45,508 bases of DNA from a virus. Below, in pieces: positions 21,850 to 30,119 of the stretch. The notes under the pieces are model-generated. The model saw only the letters and a program-made list of their open reading frames with translations, was not told where the DNA came from and did no database searches. Position numbers and translations under genes: made by a program. Position 1 is the first letter of the stretch, and each line of letters begins with the position of its first letter. The DNA lies in the IMG/VR virus record IMGVR_UViG_3300031565_000079, positions 1 to 45,508 of that record. One strand, given 5' to 3'.

Positions 21850-23651
21850 TATCGAACTCCTATTGGGACAAATTCATTTATTAATCCTATAAATTCAAAG
21901 TCGTTCCAAAACACAAACTTAATAAGAAAAGACTTTGCCAAGAAATCCACATCTCCACTACTATCCTGATTTTCACTTGGTAAGTGTTTGACGATAATAT
22001 CCTCATCGCCAGTTAAAGATATCTCCCCTGCATATTGCCAACTTGCCTCATTATCTCGTTTGACATATATTTTGCATGTTCCAGTATTTTTATTATCAAA
22101 ATAAGAATATAAATCCTCAAGTCTTTTCTTAATATGTAATCCTTGTTTTTCTGCCAAATCAGTCGAAAGCACAAAATAAGATTCGTAAGTTTCTCCGTCA
22201 TCAGTTAAAGATTTATTAAGTTGATAAGTATATCCAGAATTACAAGAACATATATTTATCTTTGTACCAGTAGGAACAACTCCCGATGCAGCGGTTTGGA
22301 ATTTAACCCATGCACCATAAGCAGTTCCGATTGAATTTACTGCGTAAGTACGATACCAGTATTCGGTGTTACCTTGTAAACTGGTGATATCCTTCTCATA
22401 CACTCCAATTCCATAAGTTCCATCAGTGTGAACATCGTTTAGGTCATCTTTGGTTAGGGCGTATTTGAATCCTCTTGTGGTAACATCAACTCCACCCGTA
22501 TCGGTGATGTCTCCGTTTCCCGTTACTTGAGCCTGTAAGATTGCGTCTGCGTCTAACGTTACTACGGTTGCCAGTTCTGCTGGGGTAGTATCATCATCCT
22601 CTGAATAACCATCAGAATATCCCGAATTTGGTGCGCCAGTTTTAAAACTCCAAGCCCGATAATAGTAATGGGTTATTCTTGCGAGTTCATCATCACTAAA
22701 ACTTTCACCTGTACCAAAATAGGCTTCATCTCCGTCAGTCACACCAGTAGGTGCAGAGTCTATCTTCCTCCGAATCATGGTCTTTTCTGCACCAGTTCCT
22801 TTAGTCCAGGTAAGGTTAATCTGTGTGCTACTGATTACCGTACAAGCCAGAGCAGTAGGGTCGTTTGGTTTGGTGGTGAAATTTAATACATTGCCGTAAC
22901 CATAACCTTCGGAATTGTAAGCATAAGCTCTTATGTAATATTTAGTGCCAGGTAATAATCCTGTTAAGTTTCTACTGAAAGCACCCGTTCCGAAAGTGCC
23001 TGTTTCTTCTGATTTATCATTTGCAACCGTAGGATTTCCTGTGGTATTCCAACACACTCCTCGTTTAGTAGGAGTGGCATCGCCTAAAGCAGTTATATTA
23101 CCGTTTCCTGTTGCAGTGGTTTCTTCAATTAGTGTGGTTGCCACAGAAGAAACAAAGGGAACTGATTCGTAATTAATGGTTGCATATACTTGGGTGCAAC
23201 GTGTAGCATAGGCGTTAAAGTCAGTATCCATCTCAACGCCGATTTGTAGATTGTCAATATCGTCCCAAGTCCAAGCCAATGAGGTGAATGGATTTTGTGT
23301 CCAGGTATAAGTACGGGTAACCCAGCTACTTAATGGGAAAGATTCTTTATTACTATATTGAGTACTACCTATCCTGATTAATTCCCAGCAACTAACATCA
23401 TCTGTATTTTCATATACTCTAATGCTAACTTTAACAGAGTTAATAGTTCCTGCTTCTTTTAGAGGGTCTCTATTTCTTATATTATATAAATCACGATGAC
23501 TGCCATTCGGGTAGGTGTTAAAAACACGGGTATCAAAACTGTCCGCAACTTCTTCATCAACCTTATCCCAGTTATATCCTGAAGATGGGGATTGAAATAA
23601 TTGTGTTATATAGCCAGGTGCATTTGGTCTTAAAATTAATTCTGTTGACAT
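21849..23651 (-). CDS. Tail/virion surface protein with repeated FN3-like domains
   Basis: Start trimmed to the ATG at 23651 (MSTELILRPN, TAATG overlap). The repeats are GxxYYIRAYAYNSEGYGYG, THYYYRAWSF and TEYWYRTYAVNSIGTAYG. Confidence 0.7.
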   Translation of the reverse strand: MSTELILRPNAPGYITQLFQSPSSGYNWDKVDEEVADSFDTRVFNTYPNGSHRDLYNIRNRDPLKEAGTINSVKVSIRVYENTDDVSCWELIRIGSTQYSNKESFPLSSWVTRTYTWTQNPFTSLAWTWDDIDNLQIGVEMDTDFNAYATRCTQVYATINYESVPFVSSVATTLIEETTATGNGNITALGDATPTKRGVCWNTTGNPTVANDKSEETGTFGTGAFSRNLTGLLPGTKYYIRAYAYNSEGYGYGNVLNFTTKPNDPTALACTVISSTQINLTWTKGTGAEKTMIRRKIDSAPTGVTDGDEAYFGTGESFSDDELARITHYYYRAWSFKTGAPNSGYSDGYSEDDDTTPAELATVVTLDADAILQAQVTGNGDITDTGGVDVTTRGFKYALTKDDLNDVHTDGTYGIGVYEKDITSLQGNTEYWYRTYAVNSIGTAYGAWVKFQTAASGVVPTGTKINICSCNSGYTYQLNKSLTDDGETYESYFVLSTDLAEKQGLHIKKRLEDLYSYFDNKNTGTCKIYVKRDNEASWQYAGEISLTGDEDIIVKHLPSENQDSSGDVDFLAKSFLIKFVFWNDFEFIGLINEFVPIGVR

Positions 23652-24955
23652 TATGGTTCTAAATAACCTCCAAACGAAGGAATAGCCATATCGACTTGTC
23701 CCCACTTACCTTCTTTAAAAGTTAAAAGTAAGTTATTCAGTTCGTTATCAATCGGGACAGCCCAACAAACTTCTTCAGTTTCATCTATAAATTCACTTCT
23801 GATTTTTTCAACCGAAGTTTGATAGATTAAATCTACGATGTCAGTTTGTATCGGTTGAGAGATAGTGCCTGCTGAAATTTCCTTAAAAGTACCATCAGAG
23901 GCGTACCAGTATAATCTCCCCTTACTATCATTCACGATTGACTTACTGCATCTGCAACCAATTTTCATTGAGATAAAAACCCCATTAAAAATAAGATCAG
24001 TATCAGCAGTCAACCAGTATTTATAATAACTACTTGCTTTAAAAACAATTAAAAGTCCTTGATATTTTCCAAATCCTGTTAAAGAGTCAGATTTACCCAC
24101 TTCGGTACTGCCTGAATTTACAGCTATCCATTCATTTTCATTTCCGATAGCATTCCATCTAAATCTTTGAGGATAATAATTTCCATTTTCATACGTATAT
24201 CCCAAAATAAGAAAGTTCTCATAATCAGTCATGTATTTTGCTTTAGTTAGGAAATAACCTGTCTCGTATTCGATGCCTTGAAATTCAACGACAGTTCCAC
24301 CACTTGTGTAAGTGGTATATCCCGTTGAGTCTATTCCGTTTAAAGAAAATACGTCAACAGAATCAACAGTAACTACGAATTGTAGATTATTAATCTCTAC
24401 CATTCCACCACAATCTTTAATAAAGACTCTATCCCCAGTGGTCAAATTGTGAGCAACTGCTGTTACATGACAAGGGTTTTCTCTAGTAGCTGCTGTAATG
24501 GTAGTGGGAGTAGTGTTTTGTAAAGGCATAAAGTATCCAGTTGTATCCCAAACTAAAACGGGGTCTACGTTGTTAGTAGCCATAACTTTGTCGTTGTAAC
24601 TTTTCGTTTCCCAATTTTCACAATCAGCAGAACAAGTGAATTTTATATCCCATGCTTTGTTATCCCAGTTCCAACAGTAGATATGGGCTTTGGTGAAACC
24701 AAGTAAGTACTGTGAACCAGTAGACCTCTTAACGAAAGTATGATAATGAAGGATAGGGTTTTCATCGGGAGTTCTTACCTTTACCGCTTCGGCAGTTACT
24801 AAATTCTTTTCCCTCATCTTTCTCCTGACTATCTTGCCATCTTTAAGTAGAATATTCTGGCTATCAGGCATAAGAGTTTTCAGCAAAAGTATATTAGGGA
24901 CATTTTTAGCTAACTCGTATTGTGGACTAAAAATAGCAAAAGTATTTTTATCCAT
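23651..24955 (-). CDS. Virion structural protein (tail/nozzle candidate)
   Basis: Track ORF of 434 aa that is beta-rich and lies within the structural chain. I recognised no specific motif. Confidence 0.65.
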   Translation of the reverse strand: MDKNTFAIFSPQYELAKNVPNILLLKTLMPDSQNILLKDGKIVRRKMREKNLVTAEAVKVRTPDENPILHYHTFVKRSTGSQYLLGFTKAHIYCWNWDNKAWDIKFTCSADCENWETKSYNDKVMATNNVDPVLVWDTTGYFMPLQNTTPTTITAATRENPCHVTAVAHNLTTGDRVFIKDCGGMVEINNLQFVVTVDSVDVFSLNGIDSTGYTTYTSGGTVVEFQGIEYETGYFLTKAKYMTDYENFLILGYTYENGNYYPQRFRWNAIGNENEWIAVNSGSTEVGKSDSLTGFGKYQGLLIVFKASSYYKYWLTADTDLIFNGVFISMKIGCRCSKSIVNDSKGRLYWYASDGTFKEISAGTISQPIQTDIVDLIYQTSVEKIRSEFIDETEEVCWAVPIDNELNNLLLTFKEGKWGQVDMAIPSFGGYLEP

Positions 24956-25424
24956 TACTCACCTCGAAATAAGATAATTCTCCACCATATTTATTAATAC
25001 AATCTGATACAATTTCTTCAAAAGTGTCTACATTTATTGGGTGATACGTTCTGTTACTCGAATAAGTATATTTTCCATTCTCTACAAAAACACCCAAACT
25101 ATGACGCATTAAAGAATCTTTAAAAAATATTCGTATTTGGCACGTTTTGTATCCGTGCCAATCTGCACAAAAAACTGCAAATGTTGAGAAATCATTACAA
25201 TCGCCTTTTTGTGTTTTCCATAACATGTAAGGACTAAACGCTGCGTATCTATATAATTTATAAGTAAAATTTTCCTGCATATACTGACAAATTCTTACTG
25301 GTGTATCTAAACTCTCTACCACAGTAAGAAATTCAGGGTCATCAGGTATTATAAAACCATCAAGATTAAATACTCCGCAACCTGTTAAAACTATTAAAAA
25401 TATAATTAAGATTAATCTTTTCAC
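24948..25424 (-). CDS. Lipoprotein with a transglutaminase-like cysteine-protease core
   Basis: Track ORF of 158 aa with a GTG start. The lipobox is LIVLTGCGV, the candidate Cys is in KGDCNDFSTFAVF and a downstream His is in MRHSLGVF. Confidence 0.5.
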   Translation of the reverse strand: MKRLILIIFLIVLTGCGVFNLDGFIIPDDPEFLTVVESLDTPVRICQYMQENFTYKLYRYAAFSPYMLWKTQKGDCNDFSTFAVFCADWHGYKTCQIRIFFKDSLMRHSLGVFVENGKYTYSSNRTYHPINVDTFEEIVSDCINKYGGELSYFEVSNG

Positions 25425-26065
25425 TAAAATCCATCCCTGTAGGCTGCGATTTTTGCGTGTTCTTTTAAGTTAGCTTTTCGGATACTTACCTGTTCAAAAT
25501 AAAGAGCTTTGAATTTTTGAGCATCATTATCTAAATTAAGTCCTAAAGCAACCTTGTAAAGAAGTCCCATTTCGATAGCTTCTCGGTAGATATCAGTAAA
25601 GAGAATATTATCACAGGCTTTAACTGTTTCTTCGTCTATAGTAAATGTTTCAGGATGAATGTATGAATACCACAAGTACATGTTATATTCAGCGTCTGGG
25701 ATTGGTCTCGGATACATATATCCACTTTGCCAGGTATAGCGTGTGGGAGTTCCTGTAGTTGAGTCATAATAAATATTCCTCTTATACATTTCAAATCTCT
25801 CATATACCAATGGTTTGTATATCGTTAAATCATCAGAACTCTTCATTCCGACAAATAGTAAATCTTTCAAATTATCAGGTAAACTATAATAATCCCTATC
25901 AGTAATGGTTATTCTTTTAAATTCATCCTGTAAAAAATTGCCAAGTTGACTCAAATCCTTTAATACAGAAGTAATCTTTTCATCTAACGCTGTTCCTACG
26001 GTACTGTATCCCCTGTTTAAAGTTCCATTCACGACTGCAATTAATTCAGCTTTTAAAATTGTCAT
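25424..26065 (-). CDS. Hypothetical structural protein (head-tail adaptor candidate)
   Basis: Track ORF of 213 aa. The call rests only on its position between the head and tail genes. Confidence 0.55.
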   Translation of the reverse strand: MTILKAELIAVVNGTLNRGYSTVGTALDEKITSVLKDLSQLGNFLQDEFKRITITDRDYYSLPDNLKDLLFVGMKSSDDLTIYKPLVYERFEMYKRNIYYDSTTGTPTRYTWQSGYMYPRPIPDAEYNMYLWYSYIHPETFTIDEETVKACDNILFTDIYREAIEMGLLYKVALGLNLDNDAQKFKALYFEQVSIRKANLKEHAKIAAYRDGF

Positions 26066-26205
26066 TTCTTCGCCTTCTTTTTCTTAACTTCTCCGTAATA
26101 TGATTTTCCATTTATAGTACAAACATGGACATACTTATCGCCAGGTAAGTTTATAGTTCTTACTTTTCCTTTTTTACGAACACATTCTAAAAAATCAGCT
26201 GGCAT
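26062..26205 (-). CDS. Small basic protein (47 aa)
   Basis: Hand translation gives MPADFLECVRKKGKVRTINLPGDKYVHVCTINGKSYYGEVKKKKAKK. The RBS is gaggtgatgaaATG, and there is an ATGA overlap downstream. Confidence 0.5.
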   Translation of the reverse strand: MPADFLECVRKKGKVRTINLPGDKYVHVCTINGKSYYGEVKKKKAKK

Positions 26206-26209
26206 TTCA

Positions 26210-27037
26210 TCACCTCGTAAGAACAATAGTTATAATTTTCCCTGTTTTCTGGTCAACTGGTATTGCAAGTGTTCCAGAACGCAACTTGACGAACGGAACA
26301 GCCTCAAGTGTCTGCATAACAATTCCATCCATTCCTATGGTTTTACTTGCAGCAATAGAAGCTATCGCAACTTCTGCAACATCAGTAGCTTTCACTATTT
26401 GTGTAAAAGTTCCGTCAATTGTAAGACATCCCAAAAAGGTAATCTCAGCAGTCTCCCAAGTTGATGGTAAGATAATAGCCATTTTTTTATAGTGAGATTT
26501 ATCAAATGCGGTAGAAAGAGTCAACATTATAACTTCTACCACTCCACCTATACCTGTTTGGTCTACTGTTTCAGCAACTTCGTGTGTAAATAGTAAATTC
26601 GTTGTCATAGTTAAAGAAACACCAGTCTGAACGGATAAAATAATATAGGTTGCTTCGTGTGTATCACCACTATCAACAATAACTGTTTCACCAGCTAAAA
26701 AATCAGTAGTAGCGGTAACACTCAATACTGGTTGACTAACAGCAGATTCTACATCAACGGTTGTTTGTTTAGTAATAGTGTGGTTATAAACTAAGTTAGC
26801 CAATAATGTAATAGACACATCAGCTTGAACACTATCAATAACTCCCTCTTCTTCCCTTGCTGTTCCTCTACCAAGTATTACTCTGTCTCCTGCTACCATA
26901 GTGGCAGTCGGTGCAGCTACACTTACTACCTTTTGTCCAGAAGCATTACTTAAATCACAGGTAGAACCAGTATCATAAGTTTCAGCATCTCTAGCAAAAA
27001 CTGCTTTTTCCTTAATTATCATTTTTGAATCAATCAT
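26210..27037 (-). CDS. Virion protein with an internal domain duplication
   Basis: Track ORF of 275 aa. GDRVILGRG..EEGVIDSV...SITLLANLVYNH is echoed by GETVIVDSGD.HEATYIILSV...SLTMTTNLLFTH. Confidence 0.65.
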   Translation of the reverse strand: MIDSKMIIKEKAVFARDAETYDTGSTCDLSNASGQKVVSVAAPTATMVAGDRVILGRGTAREEEGVIDSVQADVSITLLANLVYNHTITKQTTVDVESAVSQPVLSVTATTDFLAGETVIVDSGDTHEATYIILSVQTGVSLTMTTNLLFTHEVAETVDQTGIGGVVEVIMLTLSTAFDKSHYKKMAIILPSTWETAEITFLGCLTIDGTFTQIVKATDVAEVAIASIAASKTIGMDGIVMQTLEAVPFVKLRSGTLAIPVDQKTGKIITIVLTR

Positions 27038-27309
27038 TTTTTCACTTCCTCTAAAACTTTTTCTAAATCTTTCTTTTTCATGCCTTGGGTGTTTATCCCT
27101 AATTTAGCAACTTCTTGCCTCAACTTGATAAAATTTGCTATATTGGATAAAACTTTAGGACTTTCTTCACATCTAAATCTTTTTTTTAATTTATCAATTA
27201 TAATTTCATTCTTAGTCTCAAATTTTCCTTCTACGAACTGAGCTATTCTTTTATGATTTTTCTTGGATGTAACTGTGGAATCGGGTCTTTCATCGTTATA
27301 GAAAATCAT
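27034..27309 (-). CDS. Small protein with a C-terminal SAP/HeH-like motif
   Basis: Start trimmed to the ATG at 27309, which follows caaaggaggaaaatATG. The motif segment is KLRQEVAKLGINTQGMKKKDLEKVLEE. Confidence 0.5.
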   Translation of the reverse strand: MIFYNDERPDSTVTSKKNHKRIAQFVEGKFETKNEIIIDKLKKRFRCEESPKVLSNIANFIKLRQEVAKLGINTQGMKKKDLEKVLEEVKK

Positions 27310-27339
27310 ATTTTCCTCCTTTGTATGAAAAACAGTGAA

Positions 27340-27360
27340 CCCCCTCATCCCTAAAGGGGG
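27340..27360 (-). terminator. GC hairpin CCCCCT-N9-AGGGGG after the 218-aa gene (partial terminator or stabiliser)
   Basis: The stem is 6 bp. On the minus strand it is followed by ttcactgttttt. Confidence 0.4.
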
Positions 27361-27400
27361 TACAAAAGGGAATCAGAAATTCACTGTTTCTCAATTTCTT

Positions 27401-28057
27401 TTATGGTAATTCTATAAAACTTAACGCTGGTCTATGGTCAGTGTATAATTCTTTAGCAGCCTTAGGTTTGAGCATTACCAGTATTGTTCCGTCTGCCTGC
27501 ATATATGGTGCGGTCTCTATAAACAAGTAGTAAGTCTTAGCAGTTACTGTCGTAGCTGCAAAAGCAGTATAGAGTGTGTTCTTAGCAGCCCAGAATGACC
27601 CATTAAGTACACAAGGAATCATTCCAATTTCTCCAACAGCCTCTAATCCCTCTGAATAGACTATGAGTAATTTACCAGTTGCTTTAGTGGGTGTAATGAC
27701 ATAAACTGAAACAGCATATATTACAACAGTTCCAGCAGCAGCAGCAGCTTCAGTGGTAAGTACTTCGTCAGCACCTAAAGTTATTGCTCCTTCAGCAACA
27801 GATGCCATGGTATACAAACCATCATTTAGTCCACTTGTTGAACTAACAAGTATCATTTCCGCTGCACTGGCAAAATGCTGAGTAGTAATAAGACTTGCAG
27901 CTACACTTGATATTGTGCAAGCACCTGCGACATAAGCAAAGGAAATGTCAGTAGCACTAACATAACCCGTAGTCGTAGAAGTAGCAGCTTGAAGAACAGG
28001 TAACTTTGGAACTTCTTTTACCATAGTATAGTTAGTTACGGTTATCTTTCCAGCCAT
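27401..28057 (-). CDS. Ala/Thr-rich virion protein (capsid decoration or auxiliary head protein candidate)
   Basis: Track ORF of 218 aa lying immediately downstream of the major capsid gene and bracketed by hairpins. Confidence 0.6.
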   Translation of the reverse strand: MAGKITVTNYTMVKEVPKLPVLQAATSTTTGYVSATDISFAYVAGACTISSVAASLITTQHFASAAEMILVSSTSGLNDGLYTMASVAEGAITLGADEVLTTEAAAAAGTVVIYAVSVYVITPTKATGKLLIVYSEGLEAVGEIGMIPCVLNGSFWAAKNTLYTAFAATTVTAKTYYLFIETAPYMQADGTILVMLKPKAAKELYTDHRPALSFIELP

Positions 28058-28087
28058 TTAATTTTCCTCCTTCTTTCTAAATTCTAA

Positions 28088-28106
28088 GGGGGCTATAGAA
28101 GCCCCC
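28088..28106 (-). terminator. GC hairpin GGGGGCT-N5-AGCCCCC directly after the major capsid gene
   Basis: Perfect 7-bp stem with only a moderately U-rich tail. The position is typical of the attenuating hairpins that follow capsid genes. Confidence 0.45.
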
Positions 28107-28114
28107 GCATTATT

Positions 28115-28978
28115 TTATATTGAACTTTCAGCAGTGTAAGTCATATCAGCCCAGAATAATTCTTTAGGTTTAATGACTCTGCTTCCCCAGACATGTAATC
28201 CTCTGATAGCATCAGCAAATCTGGTCTCTAATCTGAGAACTTCGCTTTCTATTATCTGTTGTACGAATGCAATCGAATCATAACTTCCTGCCATAATAGC
28301 GTTATGTTTAGTTCCAGCAAGTGCAACACATCTGTTAGACTGGTACATATCGAAATTTAAGACGTTTCCTACGAAACCATTTTTAAGTTCACCTTTTAAA
28401 TCTTGAGCCTTGAGGATTCCAGCAAGTAATAATTTCAAAATAACCCAAGATGGAAGAACTATCCATTTCTTTTCGACATTTACAAGTTCTAATGCATCCC
28501 ATAATTCACCGATAACACTAGTAACGGTACTTGTATCCACAGTTGTGTCAGTTACATAAGCAGCACCAGTAGCAGTTTGGTCATATAAACTTGCTATAAA
28601 GGTATCAACCTTTTTATCTAAACCATATCCAGCTTTGTTGGCATAATCGGTCATGTGATTAATGTCAGACTGTTTTTCCTTGATGTCTCCCATAGAAATA
28701 CCATAGTAGTATGCCTTATCGACATCCAAGAAAATAGCTGAATCTTTGGGTGCTTCGTAGGTAACAGCGGGGGTAGCAGTATCATCGTATTCGTTGATGG
28801 TTACTTCTCCGAGTCCTCTGATAACAACTCTTGAACCCTTTTGCTTTATTTCGCCTTCATATTCTTTGGTAGCAATTTTTCCAAAAACTAATTTATCCTC
28901 AATTACCGTTAATATTTTAGCAGCGAAAATAATAGGGATAGTATCTCTTACCGCAGCATTACCAAAATTAATAGCCAT
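28115..28978 (-). CDS. Major capsid protein
   Basis: Track ORF of 287 aa with RBS aaggagttgaaaataaATG. Its position after portal and scaffold supports the call, as does the N-terminus NFGNAAVRD...ATKEYEGEIKQKGSRVVIR, which resembles podovirus-type HK97-fold coat proteins as I recall them. Confidence 0.7.
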   Translation of the reverse strand: MAINFGNAAVRDTIPIIFAAKILTVIEDKLVFGKIATKEYEGEIKQKGSRVVIRGLGEVTINEYDDTATPAVTYEAPKDSAIFLDVDKAYYYGISMGDIKEKQSDINHMTDYANKAGYGLDKKVDTFIASLYDQTATGAAYVTDTTVDTSTVTSVIGELWDALELVNVEKKWIVLPSWVILKLLLAGILKAQDLKGELKNGFVGNVLNFDMYQSNRCVALAGTKHNAIMAGSYDSIAFVQQIIESEVLRLETRFADAIRGLHVWGSRVIKPKELFWADMTYTAESSI

Positions 28979-28995
28979 TTATTTTCAACTCCTTA

Positions 28996-29766
28996 TCATT
29001 TTTTGTTTGTCATTTCCGCCCAGTATTTCATAGATTTCTCGATCTTGGGCAGAACTTTTTGAGCTTCTAACGGAGTCATATCACTAACTTCTTTTGGTGT
29101 AAAGAATTCATCACTCTTTATCTTAGTGCCACCCGTTAAGCTCGTTTTGTCTACCTTGCGAGTTTCCATGTCTTTAAGGAGTTCTTGATTTTCTTCTAAA
29201 TCAAGTTTTGCTTTTATATCAGGGTCTTCACAGCCTTTTTTATAAAGTCTTTCGCCTGGATTATCTGAATGGAGAATAGCTTGTTCTTCATATCTATTTC
29301 TACCAATCAACCTAACCGCTACTTTATAGACTGCGTCAAAATCTAAACCAATGTCTTTTAAATGACTGTATTTTTGGATTGCTTTACCACAAGATTCATG
29401 AAATTTTTCCATGATTCTTTCTTGCTGTTCTACTTCTTTGGCTACCTTTTGTGCTTTTTTAATGACATCCATTGCTTGCGTTTCAAAATTCTTGAAACCT
29501 GCTTTGACATCTTTAACTTTCACAAAATCTTCGCCTTCGCCTTCAAAGTTCAATTTATCAGAAATAGGCTCTGCCTTTTCGTTGACCTTTAATTTTAGGT
29601 CTTCGACAGTTTGTTTGAGAATTTCAATATCTCTTTTGCCTGATTCACTTTCAAATTGAACTTGATGGAGTTTTTCTCTTGTGTTTTGCAAATCCCCAAT
29701 AAGTCCTTTATGTTCTTTCTCGGTGTAGATTTTTTCTTCCTGAATATTCACATCCTTATCTACCAT
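28996..29766 (-). CDS. Scaffolding protein
   Basis: Track ORF of 256 aa that is highly charged with coiled-coil character. It lies between the portal and major capsid genes. Confidence 0.55.
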   Translation of the reverse strand: MVDKDVNIQEEKIYTEKEHKGLIGDLQNTREKLHQVQFESESGKRDIEILKQTVEDLKLKVNEKAEPISDKLNFEGEGEDFVKVKDVKAGFKNFETQAMDVIKKAQKVAKEVEQQERIMEKFHESCGKAIQKYSHLKDIGLDFDAVYKVAVRLIGRNRYEEQAILHSDNPGERLYKKGCEDPDIKAKLDLEENQELLKDMETRKVDKTSLTGGTKIKSDEFFTPKEVSDMTPLEAQKVLPKIEKSMKYWAEMTNKK

Positions 29767-29838
29767 GTTTGTCCTCTCCTTTCCCGAAGAGTCGGGGTAA
29801 ATCCTACAATACTCTGTAGTTGAGATTCCCTGACTTCG

Positions 29839-30117
29839 TCAGTGTTTTTTTTCATGAAGTTCTCTATGACAATTTGTACAGAGAAGATCACACTTATCCA
29901 TTTCTTCTTTAATTTTCTTTAATCCCCAAGTACCAGTAACCATACGTGCAATACTAAATTCTTTATCTCCGTTATGATGAAATTCTAAAGCAGTAGCACA
30001 TTTGTTATAACCACAAATTGCACAACCTTTTGATAATTTGTAATTTTGAACATATCGACGATTTCTTTCTTGATATTTTTCACGCTGTTTTTTTCTATAA
30101 GTAATTGCATTAAACAT
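29839..30117 (-). CDS. Small HNH endonuclease
   Basis: Track ORF of 92 aa containing CAICGYNKCATALEFHHNGDK...LLCTNCHRELH. Confidence 0.75.
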   Translation of the reverse strand: MFNAITYRKKQREKYQERNRRYVQNYKLSKGCAICGYNKCATALEFHHNGDKEFSIARMVTGTWGLKKIKEEMDKCDLLCTNCHRELHEKKH

Positions 30118-30119
30118 TT

